DNA of 64,000 bases from Bacteroidia bacterium. Its GTDB lineage: Bacteria > Bacteroidota > Bacteroidia > Chitinophagales > Saprospiraceae. The notes under the pieces were generated by a model, which had not been told where the DNA came from, searched no databases, and saw only the letters and a program-made list of their open reading frames with translations. The translations under genes were made by a program, and so were the position numbers. The stretch is taken from the NCBI GenBank assembly GCA_030430845.1, contig JAUIKE010000001.1, positions 3,545 through 67,544 on the forward strand, given 5' to 3'. Positions 37,536-46,974 of this stretch are shown here, piece after piece; the stretch's first letter is position 1; each line of letters starts with the position of its first letter.

Positions 37536-38619
37536 CTTTATCCAGGGCTTTAACAACTTCTATTTTTTCTAAATGGGATAAATGAAAGTTATTATTGATG
37601 ATCACCTCATCTCCTGTTTCCAGTCCTTCTGTGATGGTATAAGATTCACTGTTTTCCAGCCCAATCTGCACATATTTCCAATGAGCCTGGCCGTCGCGAT
37701 GAACGAAAACGACTAAACGACCTTGACGATCCACCACTGCGGATTTAGGAACTACTAGTTGTTTCCCTTTCTGATCACGGATAATAGCAGTAATGTTCAT
37801 TCCATCCAGCAGACTCCCGCCAGGGTTTAACAAACGGGCGAACACCTTAACCATACCATGCTGGTCGACTTGCGGCATGATAGCCCTGATGCCGGCCTTA
37901 TAGTTTTTGCCAGTCTGATTAAGAGGACGGACAGATACGGTTTGGCCCTTTTGTACCATTGGAAGTTCCTGCTCCAGAATAGGGAAAACAGCATCTAGTC
38001 GTTGGTCGTCAATAATGGTACATAATTTTTGATAGGCAGAAGTCAGGTTACCAGCCTGAGCTTCCACTTCTCCTATAATACCCGCTATGGGCGCTTTCAC
38101 CTTGGTGTTCTCAAGTTGGTACTTTGCAAGGGAGTGATCTAATAGGAGTCCGTCCAGATTACTCTCCAGGCGGGCTGTTTTCCAAATGGCCGGCGGAATG
38201 TCGATGCTATCTGCGAGGGTATAACCCAATGAAATAAGCTTGGCTTCGAACTGGATCTTTGCCTGCTCGATCTGATAAGCTAACTTTTGAAGTTCATGTT
38301 GTTGTTCAAAATCATTTAATTGGGCCAGCATCTGGCCTTTGGCCACTCTTTGCCCGGTTTCGACCATTATCTTCTCAATGCGTCCGGAAACTTCGAAGGT
38401 AACATCAGAGAGGTAACGGGCTTCTATTTTACCCTGGCTGATAATTTCTTTGGAGAAGGAGCGTGGTTCTAAACGTAGAATGGAGACTTTTGTAATGTCC
38501 GGTTCATTGACACCTGCCGATATGGCGCCTTTGGTCGTATCAACTGCATCCGCATTAGGATTCTGGCAAGCCAGACAGCAAATTAATACTATTACCAGCA
38601 TGTAAAAGAGGCGCGCCAT
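37519..38619 (-). CDS. RND efflux periplasmic adaptor (MFP/HlyD family) lipoprotein
   Basis: Lipobox (LICCLACQ) followed by barrel-sandwich, coiled-coil hairpin and beta-barrel segments (GRIEKIMVETGQRVAKGQMLAQL ... APIAGIIGEV). Confidence 0.9.
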   Translation of the reverse strand: MARLFYMLVIVLICCLACQNPNADAVDTTKGAISAGVNEPDITKVSILRLEPRSFSKEIISQGKIEARYLSDVTFEVSGRIEKIMVETGQRVAKGQMLAQLNDFEQQHELQKLAYQIEQAKIQFEAKLISLGYTLADSIDIPPAIWKTARLESNLDGLLLDHSLAKYQLENTKVKAPIAGIIGEVEAQAGNLTSAYQKLCTIIDDQRLDAVFPILEQELPMVQKGQTVSVRPLNQTGKNYKAGIRAIMPQVDQHGMVKVFARLLNPGGSLLDGMNITAIIRDQKGKQLVVPKSAVVDRQGRLVVFVHRDGQAHWKYVQIGLENSESYTITEGLETGDEVIINNNFHLSHLEKIEVVKALDKDAEPL

Positions 38620-38730
38620 ATGGATTTAGTTTGGTAGACTTCTAAAGTTATATTAGAAAATGAGAATTCTCCTAAATTAGGATAAAAATCTAATCCCAAA
38701 GAGTTCCTAAGTATGATTTTCTAATTAATT

Positions 38731-38989
38731 TAAGTTGCGATAGGCCCGTGCATTAATCAGTTATATTATTTTCCGACGCTCCAACACCTCAGGCTTGTTA
38801 AGTTCGTAGACAACAAAAGCTTCGGAGAAGTCTAATGCTTGCCTGCCTGCGAGGCAGTCAGGTAGGACGCTCCGCCGGAGCTTTAAACCGAAGAACTTTA
38901 CAGATCTTCCTATTTAAGTCCATACTGAGGGCGTCAGAAAAAGATCTAGCTAATTATAAGCAATCAATGCACGCCTTTAATGCAACTTA
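38731..38989. repeat. ~260-bp long imperfect palindrome (MITE-like or structured-RNA element)
   Basis: Termini taagttgcgataggcccgtgcattaatcag / caatcaatgcacgcctttaatgcaactta. Inner pairs ttttccgacgctcc..cctcag / ctgagggcgtcagaaaa. Central hairpin cctgcctgc gag gcagtcagg. It lies between the propeller gene stop and the RND operon start. Confidence 0.7.
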
Positions 38990-39025
38990 CGTAGAAAATA
39001 GAAAGTAGCAGGTAGTTAAATACTA

Positions 39026-40129
39026 TCAATTTTTGACCAACTCATCTAATTTGAAGGTAATAATATAGGGATTACTTTCAGGATCAATCTCCCCTTCAAT
39101 AAGGATTTTACCGGTTTCCTTTTGAAAATTATCTAAGTCTTCTGGCTCAACTACTGCATAAAATAGATCATCTTCAGCTATCCCTCTTACCGTACATGGC
39201 GGAAGCATATTTTTCCCAACATATTCATTGATTAGATAGGGCTTTTGGTCTTTGAAGGAATAGGCAAAATCTAAAGCTTCAGATTTGAAATATACTCGAA
39301 AGCTTAAAAAAGACTCACCTTCTGAAATATCATGTAGGCTTGAGACCCTTTTACCTTCTGAAGTCAAATTCCAACTTCCATGCATACCGTTTTGCTCTAT
39401 ATCTTCTCTTGTGAGGTTATACTTTCCAAAATCAACATAAAATACACTATAAAGGTCACCATCTTTTAATTTGTAGATATCATATTGATAAGGAGCTATA
39501 ACTAAGACTCTATCCTTTATGGATATTGATCTAAAAATACTGATAACACCTGGATATTTTATATCAGGAATAAATTCCTTCTCAACTGTTTCATTATCGG
39601 GGCCATATAATTTATAAACGAAATCTTGAGAATAATGCGTATGGATCAGGGTTTTGTTATTATCGAGGATAGCAAAATTTGTTAAAGGATGATTAAATAC
39701 TTCTTGGCCTAAATATTCTAAGGTTGAGCTATATTTCATAATTAATTTTAAGCTTTGGTCCCATACATAAACCAAATTTGAGCCTTTATCCAGGTAAAGA
39801 TCGAATGGATTTATCAACTCACCAGGGCCTCTACCATATTTTGTTTTACCAATAAAAGCACCTTCCTCTGAAAAGGCATATAAGGCTTTGCTCTTATCCA
39901 CATCAAGAATATAAACCTTTCCGTTATGCCATTCAATACGATTTACATTTCCAACCAAAGAAGATTCATTGATTTCGAGTTGGATTGTTGAATTTATTTT
40001 TAAATCAGGGAGAGGCTCACCTCCTAGCATATCCAGGTCAATTTTAATGATATGATTAGTATGGTCAACAATATCTTTCTTACAACTAAAATGAGTTAAA
40101 ATGACAGCAATCACTAGCAGATATCTCAT
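39026..40129 (-). CDS. six-bladed beta-propeller (TolB/NHL-like) lipoprotein, paralogue 1
   Basis: Lipobox MRYLLVIAVILTHFSC. It is homologous along its full length to the next three genes, with repeated GxGPGE-type blade motifs (YGRGPGELINPFDLY). Confidence 0.8.
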   Translation of the reverse strand: MRYLLVIAVILTHFSCKKDIVDHTNHIIKIDLDMLGGEPLPDLKINSTIQLEINESSLVGNVNRIEWHNGKVYILDVDKSKALYAFSEEGAFIGKTKYGRGPGELINPFDLYLDKGSNLVYVWDQSLKLIMKYSSTLEYLGQEVFNHPLTNFAILDNNKTLIHTHYSQDFVYKLYGPDNETVEKEFIPDIKYPGVISIFRSISIKDRVLVIAPYQYDIYKLKDGDLYSVFYVDFGKYNLTREDIEQNGMHGSWNLTSEGKRVSSLHDISEGESFLSFRVYFKSEALDFAYSFKDQKPYLINEYVGKNMLPPCTVRGIAEDDLFYAVVEPEDLDNFQKETGKILIEGEIDPESNPYIITFKLDELVKN

Positions 40130-40278
40130 GTATTATCATTTGTGTGTTTCAGAAAATTGATCTCATAGAATAAGGATGGAGGAAAAAATTTTATAAACAA
40201 TCTGCGTAGGATCTATTATAAATATTCTTCTGAGAAATATTGCTTAATTCTTTCAAAATATGGCATAGTAAGATATTA

Positions 40279-41388
40279 TCAATTTTTGACCAACTCACCT
40301 AATTTAAAGGTAATGATATAAGAGTTACTTTCAGGATCAATCTCTCCTTCAATAAGGATTTTACCGGTTTCCTTTTGAAAATTATCTAAGTCTTCTGGCT
40401 CAACTACTGCATAAAATAGATCATCTTCAGTTATCCCTCTTACCGTACATGCAGGAAGCATATTTTTACCGACATATTCATTGATCAAATAAGGCTTTTG
40501 GTCTTTGAAGGAATAGGCAAAATCTAAAGCTTCAGATTTGAAATATACTCGAAAGCTCAAAAAGGACTCACCTTCTGAAATATCATTTAAACTGGACACC
40601 CTTTTTCCTTCGGAAAACAAGGCAAATAACTCAGATAGGCCATTTTGTTCGATGATATCCTTACTTAGCATATACTTGCCAAAATCAACCTGGTATTCGA
40701 TACTGAGAGTATTATCTTCCAATTCATAGATATCATATTGGAAGGGAGCGATTATCAACAACCTGTTATTCTTAGAAATTGACCTAAAAATACGATAACT
40801 GTATGGATAATTAATATCAGGAATAAATTTTTGCTCGACTGTCTCATTATCAGGGCCATAGATTTTATACATAAAATCCATATAGTAATGTGAGTTGACG
40901 AGGGTTCGACCATCCTCAAGAATAGCAAAATTTGTTAAAGTGTGATTGAATTTTTCTTGGCCTAAGTATTCTAATTTTGAACTATATTTCGTTATTAGCT
41001 CTAAGCTTTGATCCCATAGATAGATCAGATTAGAATCTTTATCCAAATATAAAGCATAAGGTTTTATCACCTCTCCAGGGCCCCTACCATATTTTGTTCT
41101 ATCAATAAATTCACCCATTTCAGAAAAGGCAAATAAAGCTCCACTTTTATGTATATCAAGGAGATAAATATTTCCGTCATACCACTCAATACGATCAACA
41201 TTTCCAACCAAAGAGGATTCGTTGGTTTCTAGGTGAACAATTGATTCTATTTCTAAATTTGGCAGTGGATCCGGATCCTCGCCTAACTTATCCAAGTCAA
41301 TATAGATGATCTCTACTCCTGTGTCGATAACATCTTCTTTGCAGCCCAAGAGTGTCAAAAACATTAGAAAAAATAAAGGATATCTCAT
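40279..41388 (-). CDS. six-bladed beta-propeller lipoprotein, paralogue 2
   Basis: Lipobox MRYPLFFLMFLTLLGC. The start is taken at Met3 by analogy to the paralogues; the listed start is 41394. The C-terminal 110 aa are 95% identical to paralogue 1. Confidence 0.8.
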   Translation of the reverse strand: MRYPLFFLMFLTLLGCKEDVIDTGVEIIYIDLDKLGEDPDPLPNLEIESIVHLETNESSLVGNVDRIEWYDGNIYLLDIHKSGALFAFSEMGEFIDRTKYGRGPGEVIKPYALYLDKDSNLIYLWDQSLELITKYSSKLEYLGQEKFNHTLTNFAILEDGRTLVNSHYYMDFMYKIYGPDNETVEQKFIPDINYPYSYRIFRSISKNNRLLIIAPFQYDIYELEDNTLSIEYQVDFGKYMLSKDIIEQNGLSELFALFSEGKRVSSLNDISEGESFLSFRVYFKSEALDFAYSFKDQKPYLINEYVGKNMLPACTVRGITEDDLFYAVVEPEDLDNFQKETGKILIEGEIDPESNSYIITFKLGELVKN

Positions 41389-41427
41389 TAGCAATATTGT
41401 TAAATTTGTAAAAGGCTATTTGCTCCT

Positions 41428-42639
41428 TTAGATGCTTTTAAGTTTTACAATCATTACAATCGGGTTATCTTCCGTATTAGACGCTTCTATGAGTTGAATG
41501 AAGTCCGCATTTTTATCTTTATCCTTGATTTTCACTGCTGAAAAAGTCTTGTCGGAAAGCAAATTTTTCATTTCAAAAGGTAAAAATATACCGTAGGCCT
41601 GATCTCTTGAAATGAGTCCTAACGGCAGAAAAGGATAGCCGCCATCCAGATCATTGATAAATCCTGCATTTAATCTGGTTCCTGGATTTTCATGCTGAAC
41701 TTGGAAAGCATTCACTGTTTTGTTGACCTTATCATATAAAACATGATACACATCTTTTTGGTAAAGCCCTTTTGTAAGGAAAATAAATCGACTGCTTTCA
41801 ATAAGATCAGAAAAAACATATTTATCTTCTTGAATCTGCGAACTGTTTAAATCCCCTATTTCAGGCTCAAAATTATTAGTGATCTTATATCGGGGAATAA
41901 TCCTCCCTTCAGCTATACGGCAAATAAATGGATAGTTAATTTCCCAGTAGGATAAGGTATCATTAAAAAACTGAAACCTGGTTCTGGAAGTGGAGGGTAT
42001 GTAGCCGACATTTTTTTCTGTGATATCTTCATCAGATCGGTTCAACATCTTTTGACTAACCTTCCCATTATCATCATAGGAGTTAATTGCATAATTTTCA
42101 TTGTAGAAGAACATAGGGAGCACCCAGGAAGCATTTAGGTTTCCTTGACTGTCAAATGCAATTAAACTCGGGTAAGATTCGATTTGAAACTCATTTAAAA
42201 AATCGCCTTCCAGACTATAATTAATAATCTTGGATAATTCATTATCATAAACCGATAATTGACCGGCTTTGGCGTTAATGGCAAAATCGGCAATACGAAT
42301 ATATTCTCCCGGCCCTTTCCCAATAGATCCAAAGGCTCTGATAAAATGGCCAGAAGTATCAAATTGAAAAAATTGACTTTTATTGCTGATGAATACCCAG
42401 TCTTTGAAGCGTACTAACTTTTCTATTTTTTCAATGATACATTCTTCCGAGGTTTCCAATTTAATATAGTTAATCTCCTCAGCCACCTCGCTCAGGGGAA
42501 TGCTCTTTCTAATATTTTTTAATGCTGTTCCTAAGTTTATTTCTACAATTTCGTCCCTTGCCTCAGATTGAATATCCACATTACAACTAGAAAGAGTGAG
42601 AGAAATAAGTAAACAAAGTAGAAAGTAGATATTTCGCAT
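41428..42639 (-). CDS. six-bladed beta-propeller lipoprotein, divergent paralogue 3
   Basis: Lipobox LISLTLSSC. It has the same GKGPGEYIRIADF blade motif and overall pattern, but only distant similarity to paralogues 1, 2 and 4. Confidence 0.75.
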   Translation of the reverse strand: MRNIYFLLCLLISLTLSSCNVDIQSEARDEIVEINLGTALKNIRKSIPLSEVAEEINYIKLETSEECIIEKIEKLVRFKDWVFISNKSQFFQFDTSGHFIRAFGSIGKGPGEYIRIADFAINAKAGQLSVYDNELSKIINYSLEGDFLNEFQIESYPSLIAFDSQGNLNASWVLPMFFYNENYAINSYDDNGKVSQKMLNRSDEDITEKNVGYIPSTSRTRFQFFNDTLSYWEINYPFICRIAEGRIIPRYKITNNFEPEIGDLNSSQIQEDKYVFSDLIESSRFIFLTKGLYQKDVYHVLYDKVNKTVNAFQVQHENPGTRLNAGFINDLDGGYPFLPLGLISRDQAYGIFLPFEMKNLLSDKTFSAVKIKDKDKNADFIQLIEASNTEDNPIVMIVKLKSI

Positions 42640-42667
42640 AGAGTAAAATTAAATGCCGGTTTGTTTT

Positions 42668-43768
42668 TTATTGGCCTTCTTCACCTAGGGTAAAAGTGAT
42701 CAGATATGGATTACTCTCTTCGTCAATTGGCTTATCAATCAATATTTTCCCGCTAGCCTTTTGAAAATCATCTAAATCAGCAGGTTTGATTAATGCATAA
42801 AACAGGCCATCTTTTGTTAAACCATGAACAGAGCAGACCGGAAGTAAATTTTGATAAAAATATTCATTGATAAGGTAAGGTTTCTGATCTTTTAAGGAGT
42901 AAGCAAAATTCAGTGTCTCTTTTTTAAAATAGACTTTAAACGACATAAAAGATTCTCCTTCGGAGATATCTTTTAGACTGGAGACTCTTTGCCCCTGAGA
43001 GGTTAATTCATAGGGCTTATACAAATCATTTTGTTCCACATCTTCTTTACTCAGCATATACTTACCAAAATTGACTTGGTACCTGCTGTCGAGATTATTA
43101 CTTTTTAACTCAAAAATGTCATACAGATATGGGGCAATCGTTAAAATCCTCTTACTTACCGAAATTGACCTACCAATTCCTAGCCCATGCGGGTATTTCA
43201 TATCGGGAATAAATTCACGCTCGACCGTCTCGTTATCAGCACCATAAATTTTGTACATGAAATCCTTGTGAAAATGAGTATTGACCAATTTCCGGCCATC
43301 AGGAAGAATTGCAAAATTAGATAGTGGATTTTTAAAGGCCTCTTGATCCAGGTACTCTAAATTCGAATTATATTTTAGTATGGAAAGTAAACCTTGGTCC
43401 CAGATATAAATAAAACTGGAAGCTTTATCAATATACATATCGAAGGGGTTAATCATCTCGCCAGGCCCTCTCCCTTTTTTAGTTTTTCCTAAAAAAGCCC
43501 CATCTTCAGAGAATGCAAAAAGTGCTCTACTTTTATGTATATCCAGTATATAGACTTTCCCGTCATGGTATTCCATCCGGTTTACATACCCAACAAGAGA
43601 AGTCTCATTAGTTTCTAGTGGGATGATTGATTTTATCTCCAGTTCTGGAAGTGATTCATAGGTCAGATTATCCAGGTCGATATCGATGATCTGACTACCG
43701 GATTCGACAATGTCTTTTTTGCAGCTAAATTGAATGAGGACGATAAGGAATAACAGGGGATATCTCAT
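42668..43768 (-). CDS. six-bladed beta-propeller lipoprotein, paralogue 4
   Basis: The start is taken at Met17 (MRYPLLFLIVLIQFSC lipobox). It is collinear with paralogues 1 and 2 (KGRGPGEMINPFDMY; C-terminal DISEGESFMSFKVYFKKETLNFAYSLKDQKPYLINEY). Confidence 0.8.
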   Translation of the reverse strand: MRYPLLFLIVLIQFSCKKDIVESGSQIIDIDLDNLTYESLPELEIKSIIPLETNETSLVGYVNRMEYHDGKVYILDIHKSRALFAFSEDGAFLGKTKKGRGPGEMINPFDMYIDKASSFIYIWDQGLLSILKYNSNLEYLDQEAFKNPLSNFAILPDGRKLVNTHFHKDFMYKIYGADNETVEREFIPDMKYPHGLGIGRSISVSKRILTIAPYLYDIFELKSNNLDSRYQVNFGKYMLSKEDVEQNDLYKPYELTSQGQRVSSLKDISEGESFMSFKVYFKKETLNFAYSLKDQKPYLINEYFYQNLLPVCSVHGLTKDGLFYALIKPADLDDFQKASGKILIDKPIDEESNPYLITFTLGEEGQ

Positions 43769-44041
43769 AAAAAATGGTTTATGCGTTTTTTCAAAAAATC
43801 GATATTCACCACCCATGCGGGTAGTTAGAGCAAGATAAATTGAAAACTGCCTGGTTAACTACAGAAGTTGTTTAAAGTTAATAAATTTCTTTAAGCTGTT
43901 TTATTATTTTTGTTAAATATAGAACGGATTTAAACATTTGGGCCGGCAGCTGCCCCATGTCTTCATTAACTTCGATCACAAAGCATTAAATAGCACTATA
44001 CTATGAAATTATTTCAAATCACCTGCCGTAAAACCATTGTT

Positions 44042-44806
44042 ATGAGACCAATTCATTTCAAAAAAATATCCGGAGGAAAGGGCCTGCTTCTCTTTATGCT
44101 GTCAGGCTTTGCGTTCCTGTCATTTACCGGTACACAGCAAGCGCCCGATACCGAATCAAGCGCCTGGCAACAAGTCGTTTCCACCGACAACGGCCAACTC
44201 ACCCACGTTCTGCTCTTTAGCGGCCCCTACTTTTCCTGGACGGTTTATGAAACGGACGGCGGCTCCTTTCAATTTACCAAAGGCGGCAGCTGGAAAACGA
44301 ATGGAAAAAATATGGAGGTGATGTACGAATTCCACAGCGCCAAGCCTGAGCAGGTAGGTAAAACCGAAACCTGGACGGCCAAACAAAAGAAAAAAACCTT
44401 GTCTTTGAAAGGCGCGGAACTGGAAGGCTCCTGGTCTAGCATGGACGGAGCCGTCGACAGTCCGCTCGACGGTCCCTGGATCTTCTCCGGCCGTAAACGT
44501 GACGGAGAAATTCAACGTGTGGACATGACCACTCGCCCCCGCAAAACAATGAAGATCTTAACCGAAAACCGCTTCCAGTGGATCGCCTACAATACCGAAA
44601 CGGGCGATTTCCACGGTACCGGCGGAGGCAACTATACGGCCACAGATGGCGTATACACGGAAAACATCGAATTCTTTTCGCGGGATAATTCTCGAGTGGG
44701 TGCTTCTCTGGAATTCAACTTTGAAGTAAAGGATGGCGATTGGCATCATAGCGGGAATAATAGTCGGGGGGAGCCGTTGTATGAGGTTTGGTCTAAGAGG
44801 AAATAA
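44042..44806 (+). CDS. secreted hypothetical protein with internal duplication
   Basis: Signal/TM from Met14 (MRPIHFKKISGGKGLLLFMLSGFAFLSF). There are two similar halves (FSGPYFSWTVYETDGGSFQFTKGGSWKTNGKNMEVMYEF vs ENRFQWIAYNTETGDFHGTGGGNYTATDGVYTENIEF). Confidence 0.65.
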   Translation: MRPIHFKKISGGKGLLLFMLSGFAFLSFTGTQQAPDTESSAWQQVVSTDNGQLTHVLLFSGPYFSWTVYETDGGSFQFTKGGSWKTNGKNMEVMYEFHSAKPEQVGKTETWTAKQKKKTLSLKGAELEGSWSSMDGAVDSPLDGPWIFSGRKRDGEIQRVDMTTRPRKTMKILTENRFQWIAYNTETGDFHGTGGGNYTATDGVYTENIEFFSRDNSRVGASLEFNFEVKDGDWHHSGNNSRGEPLYEVWSKRK

Positions 44807-44866
44807 CTCGCCTCTACTTTTTTTCCAACAGCTGAAAAAAAGTAGCAAAAAAAAGCCGCTGCTGTC

Positions 44867-44989
44867 GAGCCTCCGCCTAAAATTTGCTTACATTCCGCTG
44901 TGCAAAATAAACTCGGACTCCTACGTCGTCCTCAAACACTATTTTGCACGGCCGCTTCATTCCAGTAAATTTTTTAACGGCGGATTCTC
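44867..44989. repeat. ~120-bp imperfect palindrome downstream of the 44042-44806 gene
   Basis: Arms gagcctccgcctaaaatttgcttacattccgctgtgcaaaata / tattttgcacggccgcttcattccagtaaattttttaacggcggattctc surround a ~30-nt centre. Confidence 0.65.
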
Positions 44990-45099
44990 TAAGGCAGATT
45001 ATTTTATTGAAGCTCAAATAAGAAGGCTTTTCAGAAACCGAAAGAGTCAATTTGAAGAAGGTCAGCATGCATTTCGATTTATTTTAAATTCGACCTTAT

Positions 45100-45346
45100 G
45101 CGAATTTGGCTAACAGTTCTTGCCGAAGGTTTTAGCTCAGATGGCCGGCTTAGTTTTGCTATCTAAGTCCTGTCTCGTTTCGGAAAAGCTAGCCAATAAT
45201 GCAAGCAATCCAAAAGTGAGCCTGTTAGCAATGCTTAAACCACAAGCTTAAAGATGAAGCTTAGAGTAAGCTTCCCAGGTTTATACTTTCGTGCGAACGG
45301 CTAGGATTGCGAATCAAAACCAAGGCTTAGAACTGTCCAAATTGGC
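45100..45346. repeat. ~250-bp segment flanked by ~32-bp imperfect inverted repeats, upstream of the APC permease gene
   Basis: Left gcgaatttggctaacagttcttgccgaaggtttt and right aaaaccaaggcttagaactgtccaaattggc, about 27 matches by hand. The interior is not obviously palindromic. Confidence 0.55.
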
Positions 45347-45412
45347 ATACAGTCTTGTTTTTTTGTTTCTTTTGTAACAAGACAAAAGAAAAAGTAACAT
45401 ATTTAGATTAGT

Positions 45413-46909
45413 ATGGAAAAAACAGACACCCCCAACTCATCAAAAGGCCTCAGCCGGCAATTAGGCCTCGTCGGACTGGCGGCCACGGGCATTTGTTCGA
45501 TGCTGGGCGCATCGGTTTATGTGGTGCCCTTCATGATCCAGCGCAATGTGCCGGGCATCGGGCCGAATGTACTGCCCGCCTTTTTATTCGCTGCCCTGCC
45601 GGCCCTGCTGGCCGCTATGGCCTATGCGATCCTGTCTTCGGCCATGCCAAGGGCAGGCGGAAGTTATATTTTTGCCAGCCGAGGCTTGAGTCCTTATCTG
45701 GGTTTTGTGGCCAGTTTTTCGCAATGGTTTGGGCTGTCGATCGCTATTGGAGTGATTTCTTATATCATCATTCCCTTTATCAGAGATGTGGTCGATGCGA
45801 TGGGCTGGGAGGCCTGGGCGCAGTGGCTGGAGACCGGCTACGTGCGAGTGAGCCTCGCCATTATATTGTTATGGACCTTTGTTTTGATCAACATCATCGG
45901 GCTGAAGTTCTACGAACGGACGCTTATCCCCTTGATGTTCGTCATGTTTGCCCTCGGGGCCATCGTGATCTTTGCCGGATTTTCCTTTAACCAGGCGGAC
46001 TTTGCTGCTGCCTTGCTGGAACAAGAAGGCCGGACTGTTCCCAATCAAAGCAGCCCGTTCCAGTTTGGCACCTTTTTGACGGCTGCGGCTTTGCTATTTT
46101 CCAGCTTTATTGGATTTGATTCCATTGCTCAGGCCGGTGGGGAAGCTAAAAATCCGCAAAAGGCCTTGCCTACGGCCATTGCCATTGCGGTGTTGACAGT
46201 GGGAACCTACTATTTCGTTTTCACAGCAGCAGTTTACCATACCGTCCCCTGGAGTTTTGTGGCCGAAGAGGCCATGCAGAGAGACATCACAGCTCCGGGC
46301 TTATTGAGTTACGTATTGTCGCCGGGCTGGGCCATTGCCATCATTCTCGGCGCGGCCATCGCGCTGATCAACGATCTGCCGGCCATGCTGCTCTCGGTTT
46401 CCCGGCTGATGTTCGCCTGGGCAGAGGATGGAATTTTCCCTAAGCAGGTGGCTCGCATCCACCCCAAAAAACATACGCCCTACCTGGCTATCCTCATCAG
46501 TGGCGGCATGGCCACGGTGGGCATCCTCGGCAGTCACCTGGCGGGGGATTTCTTCCTCGGCATCGACATCATGGTGACCTCCATGCTGGTCAACTTCCTG
46601 CTGATGTGTATCACCGTGATCAGTCTGCCTACCTATAATCCGAAAGTAGTAAAGGATATTTCCGTTTTTAAATCCCGAAACATTCAGCTTATTTTCGCAG
46701 GCCTGGGAGCGGCCCTACTTAGCCTTTTTCTGGTCGTTCACACCTCCAAAGACTTGAATGCAGAGGTGGGAGCCTGGTACTTCCACTCGACCTATGTTTG
46801 GTTGATCGTCATGGGTATTGCTTCGCTGATCTTTTTCTGGAAGGTCAGGCAGTTGAGGAAAAATGGGATGGAGGTGAAGGAGTATTTTAAGGAATTGCCG
46901 GAGAATTGA
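45413..46909 (+). CDS. APC-superfamily amino acid permease
   Basis: About 12-13 TM helices. N-terminal APC signature region (GLVGLAATGICSMLGASVYVVPF, AMPRAGGSYIFASRGL). Confidence 0.88.
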   Translation: MEKTDTPNSSKGLSRQLGLVGLAATGICSMLGASVYVVPFMIQRNVPGIGPNVLPAFLFAALPALLAAMAYAILSSAMPRAGGSYIFASRGLSPYLGFVASFSQWFGLSIAIGVISYIIIPFIRDVVDAMGWEAWAQWLETGYVRVSLAIILLWTFVLINIIGLKFYERTLIPLMFVMFALGAIVIFAGFSFNQADFAAALLEQEGRTVPNQSSPFQFGTFLTAAALLFSSFIGFDSIAQAGGEAKNPQKALPTAIAIAVLTVGTYYFVFTAAVYHTVPWSFVAEEAMQRDITAPGLLSYVLSPGWAIAIILGAAIALINDLPAMLLSVSRLMFAWAEDGIFPKQVARIHPKKHTPYLAILISGGMATVGILGSHLAGDFFLGIDIMVTSMLVNFLLMCITVISLPTYNPKVVKDISVFKSRNIQLIFAGLGAALLSLFLVVHTSKDLNAEVGAWYFHSTYVWLIVMGIASLIFFWKVRQLRKNGMEVKEYFKELPEN

Positions 46910-46919
46910 GTATAAAAAA

Positions 46920-46961
46920 AGTATATTTTGAGGCCGCCGCTGGCGGCCTCAAAATATACTG
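46920..46961 (+). terminator. intrinsic-terminator-like hairpin after the permease gene
   Basis: About 19-bp stem agtatattttgaggccgcc / ggcggcctcaaaatatact with a 3-4 nt loop. The stem itself carries A/T runs, so it could act in both directions. Confidence 0.65.
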
Positions 46962-46974
46962 AACACCAATAACT

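Noticed and set aside
38640-39025. Small protein-coding gene or tRNA in the 400-bp spacer.
   Set aside because: There is no ORF of useful length and no tRNA-like cloverleaf or T-loop motif. The sequence is dominated by the nested palindrome.
44733-45113. 126-aa ORF (and the 63-aa antisense ORF at 44877-45068) in the long spacer after the 44042-44806 gene.
   Set aside because: They span the palindromic element, overlap the end of the upstream gene, and have a low-complexity, non-coding-like sequence.
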